A DNA stretch of 64,000 nucleotides from Vairimorpha necatrix. Taxonomy: Eukaryota. Of the stretch, positions 59,459 to 64,000 are shown piece by piece. The translations under genes were made by a program, and so were the position numbers. Location: positions 248,001-312,000 of the forward strand of contig CP142729.1 in NCBI GenBank assembly GCA_036630325.1. Direction: 5' to 3'. Each line of letters starts with the position of its first letter. Within the stretch, counting starts at the first letter, position 1. Below the pieces are notes generated by a model. It was not told the origin of the DNA. It ran no database searches and was given only the letters and a program-made list of their open reading frames with translations.

Positions 59459-59491
59459 AATTGGGGTTTAATATTATTACTGATTATAACA
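59443..59491 (-). repeat. 5' LTR of element 3 (49 bp)
   Basis: Identical to 56349..56397. Confidence 0.95.
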
Positions 59492-59661
59492 ATTAATAAT
59501 AAAAAAGGAATACTAGCAGGAAAATCATATTAATAAATAATTACTATCAGATTACACACGATTTATTTTAACAACCATTTAATTTTTATATTTTTTATTA
59601 AATATTGATTTTACATCAATCAATACTGTTTAAAAAACTAAAAAAAGAATTCTTATCGACT

Positions 59662-60213
59662 ATGAATAATTTATTTTATTTGTGTGCTGTTTTTTTATCT
59701 TCTAAAGGATGTCCGGATCGTATAAATATGATTAGAAAAGACGTAGCTGGTATCTTCATAAAAGACAATCCTAAATCTGTATTAAATAACTTGTTAATCG
59801 AGAAATATCGTACTAGACAATCTGCTCCGAGAATCGAAGATTATACTAAAAAAGAATATAATATTAAAAATAACAGTTTTCAGGTAGAATGGGAATTAAG
59901 ATTTGAAAACGAAGTCAAAAGTTTTTTAGAAAAAGAAAAAGAAAATTTTATTTGTGCAAAAAATGGAAGTATTTTACTAGATTTAAGCAAGAAAATTGAG
60001 ATTTCTAAGGAAAATAACTTTAGCAATTATCAAAATTTAAAACTAGAGTACGAATTGGCAGATCTTATTTTGTGGAGAATAAAGCTATATGAAAAAATTG
60101 TGAAAAGAGAACTGAGGTCGTTTAAAAAAATAGTTTATAATATTCAGGAAAATTTACACAGTGAAAATGAATTACTCAAAACAAAATATTGTGAATGTCA
60201 TGGTTGCGAATAA
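59662..60213 (+). CDS. Small secreted-type protein (family D)
   Basis: Start reassigned to MNNLFYLCAVFLSS; IRKDVAGIFIKDNPKSVLNNLLIEKYRT...FQVEWELRF. Confidence 0.85.
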   Translation: MNNLFYLCAVFLSSKGCPDRINMIRKDVAGIFIKDNPKSVLNNLLIEKYRTRQSAPRIEDYTKKEYNIKNNSFQVEWELRFENEVKSFLEKEKENFICAKNGSILLDLSKKIEISKENNFSNYQNLKLEYELADLILWRIKLYEKIVKRELRSFKKIVYNIQENLHSENELLKTKYCECHGCE

Positions 60214-61069
60214 TATAATTAAAAGATCGATTTGTAAAGAATTTTTATCGTATATAATTTGTAATTTTGACATAAAGTTGAAAGAAAACTTTTTTTTTTT
60301 TGTTCATAATTATAGCTTTTACAATAAATGATATTACAAATAGTTTTGTATCAGTGTTGTACTTACAAGCATAATATAAATTTAATCTGTTTATTTTTGA
60401 ATACTAAAAGTACTTAAAGCACCTACATTGTTGACATCCCATTTGAGATTACACTTAATTTATTTTTGAATTACTAGGACGACATTATAAATCAGAACTT
60501 CTTCTTCATATTTTCTCCTTTTCCGAGCACCTTTCTTCATGGCCTGTTCTCTCAGCTGATAATTTTAAATCCACCACATGATATTTTAGAATTGACTGTT
60601 TAATATTTGTCTTCGTCTCAAAAGAAAAGCTCAATAGTCTTTTTAACCGAGTCTACGGGATATCCTGTTCGACTACTTAAATGTCGTCTTTCTGACTTCA
60701 GATGTACTTGTTCGGATATTATGTCCGCAATTGGTCTCATTTATTACATAATAAAAATTTTGTTTTACTCCACATTCCTTTGCAAATTATATATTCGGTT
60801 GAATATATTTACGACAATATTAAGTCTATCCTTCTTAGTTAAAACAACATATCTATAAGTAGTAGTTTTTGCTTCTTGTCACATACAATTTTTTTGATTT
60901 TATAATAAATACAATATAATAATATTTTTATCTCCAATACAATATCGGAAGTCATCATAATATCGACTGTCCATATGTTCGACCTATCATTTTGTCTTCT
61001 TAGAACCTAAAACATTAGAAAAACCATAAATCAAATAAAAAAAATGGAGAATTGTTGGATTTTTTTTTC

Positions 61070-61690
61070 TTGCAAGTAAGAGGTAGGAGGATACCTTACA
61101 TGGGGACCAAAGGGATTTGGGTGTGGTCCTCATCTAACTGGTACTGTGAGATTCTTACTCACTAAAACTCCTTCCATACAACTTGCCGGTGCAGCAAGCT
61201 CCGCCGTATCCATTGGACTTGGCTCCAGGAGAACACTTTCCATTTATACCTCAAATCGCGTCCAGAGTGACCTCACGGCGGATATACTCAACGGACAAGG
61301 TTATCTATAACCCGAGGAGAGACATCATCGTACTGACTCAAAGGTCTCTACAATCATCTGTATTGCACACACGGCCCCCTACACGATCACATCATCAGCC
61401 CGGCGTTTTTATTGGGCTGCGTTGACCACCAGTCTCCCACTAGTTTCGGCCACCGTGTTACAGAATCTTGTAGGATAGGGTCCACGGGAACTTATATTGC
61501 CCTACTTCGTCTAGTCTCTTAGTTAGCTCCAGGATCCCACTCTAGAGTGCACCAGTCATGGGCTCCAACTAGGCCGTACCCATTAGATACTTTTATGTAT
61601 CATGAAGTCCCCCGCAAGAGTGATAATGTTTTTTTTGGCTTTGAGGTGCGTTTCTACACTAGATGCTAATCCCCTTGTGGCTGGACACAC
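61070..61690. other. GC-enriched, hairpin-rich non-coding island of unknown identity
   Basis: Visibly much higher GC than its flanks, no convincing ORF, several stems (ATGGGGACCA/TGGTCCTCAT, GTGAG/CTCAC, CCGCCGT/ACGGCGG, CAGCCC/GGGCTG). Confidence 0.5.
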
Positions 61691-64000
61691 ATAAGTTTCA
61701 TTGAATCAACTTAATGATTATCGTTGACATTTTCATCATCTGAGTTGTTCTAACTACATCATAGAAAGTGGGGATTTGTTGGATATTAGTATATAATGTC
61801 ATCAGTTCAATATTATTTTGATACATATCGAAATTTGTAAATTCTCTAAGTTTATACACTCAAGATACCTTATACTGATAAACATAGCAATTAGATCTAG
61901 ATTTATAGCAATCAATATATAAATTTATGAAAAGGCGATTTTTAGATCATAAATGTATTGTGTTTCTTAACCCTGATAGTAAAATATTTTTTATCTGCCG
62001 AAAAAATTTATGACTGCGATGAATGAAAGAACGTTACAATGAAGACCCTATGTATATATATATGACCGATATTGTGTGCAGGCGCTTTATAAAAATTAAT
62101 TAATTTTTAACTTTTATGGGTAACATAAAAAAATATTGCCTTTGTACAAGACAAAATTTAGTTAGAACACCTTGTATGTAATATTCTACGTGCTTTAATA
62201 TTTCAAATGCTAGGTAAAATAAATCATGTTTGGTATAATTAAATTGAGCAACTTAAATAATATTAATTTCCCTACAAAGACTTTAGTTTTATGTGAGTAT
62301 TACTCACATATCATGTTGTGGGGTTACATGTATTTCTTTTTAATACAAAATATATTGGATTATAAGTAGAAAAGGGGCAGAAGCAAATATCATATGGTCG
62401 TTTGGTATGTAAGGTAATTAGCTGTAATTTCAAAATACTTTTACCGAGGTAATAAAAAAAATCAAATAATTAAATTCATTAAAAAGATCTTAAAGTTAGA
62501 AGGCAAACACGGAGAGGACGAACAAAAAGTGGATTTACTGGCCGAAGAACTCCACTAAATGCAAGAACGACCGAGCTACCCAAAGCCATGGACAATCCTT
62601 AATTAACTATGTCAATGTGTATATTTTATATTTGATTAGGCTTATTTTGGAAAAACAAACATATATATATATATATATTAGAAATTTATAAAAGCCGTTT
62701 GGTTTTTTTAATAATTTCTTATCTATTTATTTGAATTTACCATTAGGCTCAACTACTATGTCCTTTTATGTGATTTTAAAAACAAATGTTGTAATCTGAG
62801 AAACAGTAATTGTTTGAAATACTTAAGGAATTTTACTCTAAAAATAATCAAGTTGATTATCACATTGAAGTCAATTGTCCTAAAAATATTCTAATAATGC
62901 TTTAGTAGTCAAAATTAAAAAAAAATATAAACAATCGCATATGTGTTAAAACTAATGTATATATACGACCGAAATTTACTTATTAACAGGATGTTATTGG
63001 TTTGTGATATAACACACAATTATTAAGTGAATTCCGTGGGTTAATAACTTTATTCGGCCTTGTATCATATAAAAATTTAAAAGCCTTTAGCGTATATCTT
63101 TGATACTGGCGGATATTACTAGAAAGTGTACTCACGTAAGACATAGAAAATGTATCGATAAAGCGATCCAATTTTATAATTGCGCTAAAAATTGCATAAA
63201 TGTATTTGTAATGGTTACAAAATAGCCGCTAAAAATATTTTTTGTAGTAAATATATACCAACGAGATATGTATAGCTAAATAAAAATAGTTAAACTAGAA
63301 TTGCCTTTAACAATAAATTTGTCATATTTTTCCGTCATAATTTATATGTTTAATGAGTTTTTAAATTCTCTTTTTCCAATTGATCGTAAAAAATAAATTA
63401 TATTCGCAAAAAACCTTTTAATCGGTGTGAAAAAAATGTACTAATGAAATTGAAACAATATTTTTAAGCAATAACATAAAATAAATATGTTTTATAAATT
63501 ATTCATCATTAATTTCCAGCTAAGATCTTTGAATACATTTTTTACTAATTATTTTCTTTTATTTAATTAAAATAGTAAATGTAATCATAATTTGCTATTT
63601 TTTAATTAAATAAACTTTTTAATTTGAAATGTACCATATAATTTCAACAGAATACATAATAAAGATTTTTTTGTTTAGTTTTTAAATTTTTTGTCTGAAG
63701 ACAAAATTTGTAAATTAATTTGTCAGACAATTAAGATTCTCTCATATTTGATTTCACGTCATTTACTCTTTACATATACATTAAAAATTTAATTAATATT
63801 TTTTGAAAATATTCTGTGTTAAGAATGTATATAAAAAGAATTCCAATGATTGCCCTTCTAATGTATTTGATGTTTTATTTATGTGTTATACTAACAAATA
63901 GAGATCATGAGTTAATCGAAAGCCTTCGAATTGATTTATCTGGTTTGTTCAGTGTAAAAAAATATATTCAAAAATTAGATGGTATTTTGAGCGAGTACGA

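Larger units (their letters stand above)
56349..59491 (-). mobile_element. Intact Ty3/Gypsy-type micro-LTR retrotransposon (element 3), 3143 bp
   Basis: Identical 49-bp LTRs (TG..TA), perfect TSD ATTAA (56344..56348 / 59492..59496), PBS-like TGGGGGC, PPT GGAGGGGGGA, single uninterrupted ORF. Confidence 0.95.

Noticed and set aside
60480-60745. Possible gene or TE remnant on the minus strand
   Set aside because: Slightly GC-richer, but frames are short and I recognise no motif.
61385-61452. Hammerhead ribozyme (minus strand has GAAAC and CTGATGA)
   Set aside because: The cleavage position would be G, stem I sequesters the CTG of the core, and stem II cannot form.
61470-61530. Group I intron R/S elements or HDV-like core (AGAGACTAGA; GTAGGGC..TTCCCGT..ACCCTAT on the minus strand)
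   Set aside because: No proper P7 partner or P8 for a group I intron; P3 and P1.1 do not pair for an HDV fold.

Overview
Very AT-rich, intron-poor eukaryotic DNA that looks like a large-genome microsporidian (Nosema/Vairimorpha-like): most genes have a CCC motif a few nt before the ATG and the orthologues are strongly shortened. There are two compact housekeeping islands: KIX/Med15-like, VPS9-domain, RRM, RPS2 and SPT6 at 2-9.6 kb, and NAT3, a propeller-like gene and DCP2 at 32-37 kb. They alternate with gene-sparse regions carrying at least four families of lineage-specific, probably secreted paralogues and many transposable elements. The most striking signal is three diverged ~3.1 kb Ty3/Gypsy-type retrotransposons with only 38-49 bp LTRs, a tiny Gag and no recognisable protease. 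In all three an in-frame start codon is built from the last LTR base plus the primer-binding site; one copy is intact. Nested in one of them is a complementary element with Gag, protease and integrase but no RT/RNase H. Also present: a 513 bp non-autonomous Helitron splitting the VPS9-domain gene, three copies of an R4/Dong-like RLE non-LTR element, a MITE-like element, a Merlin remnant and two unexplained structured non-coding islands. All family assignments are by-eye motif recognition, not database searches.
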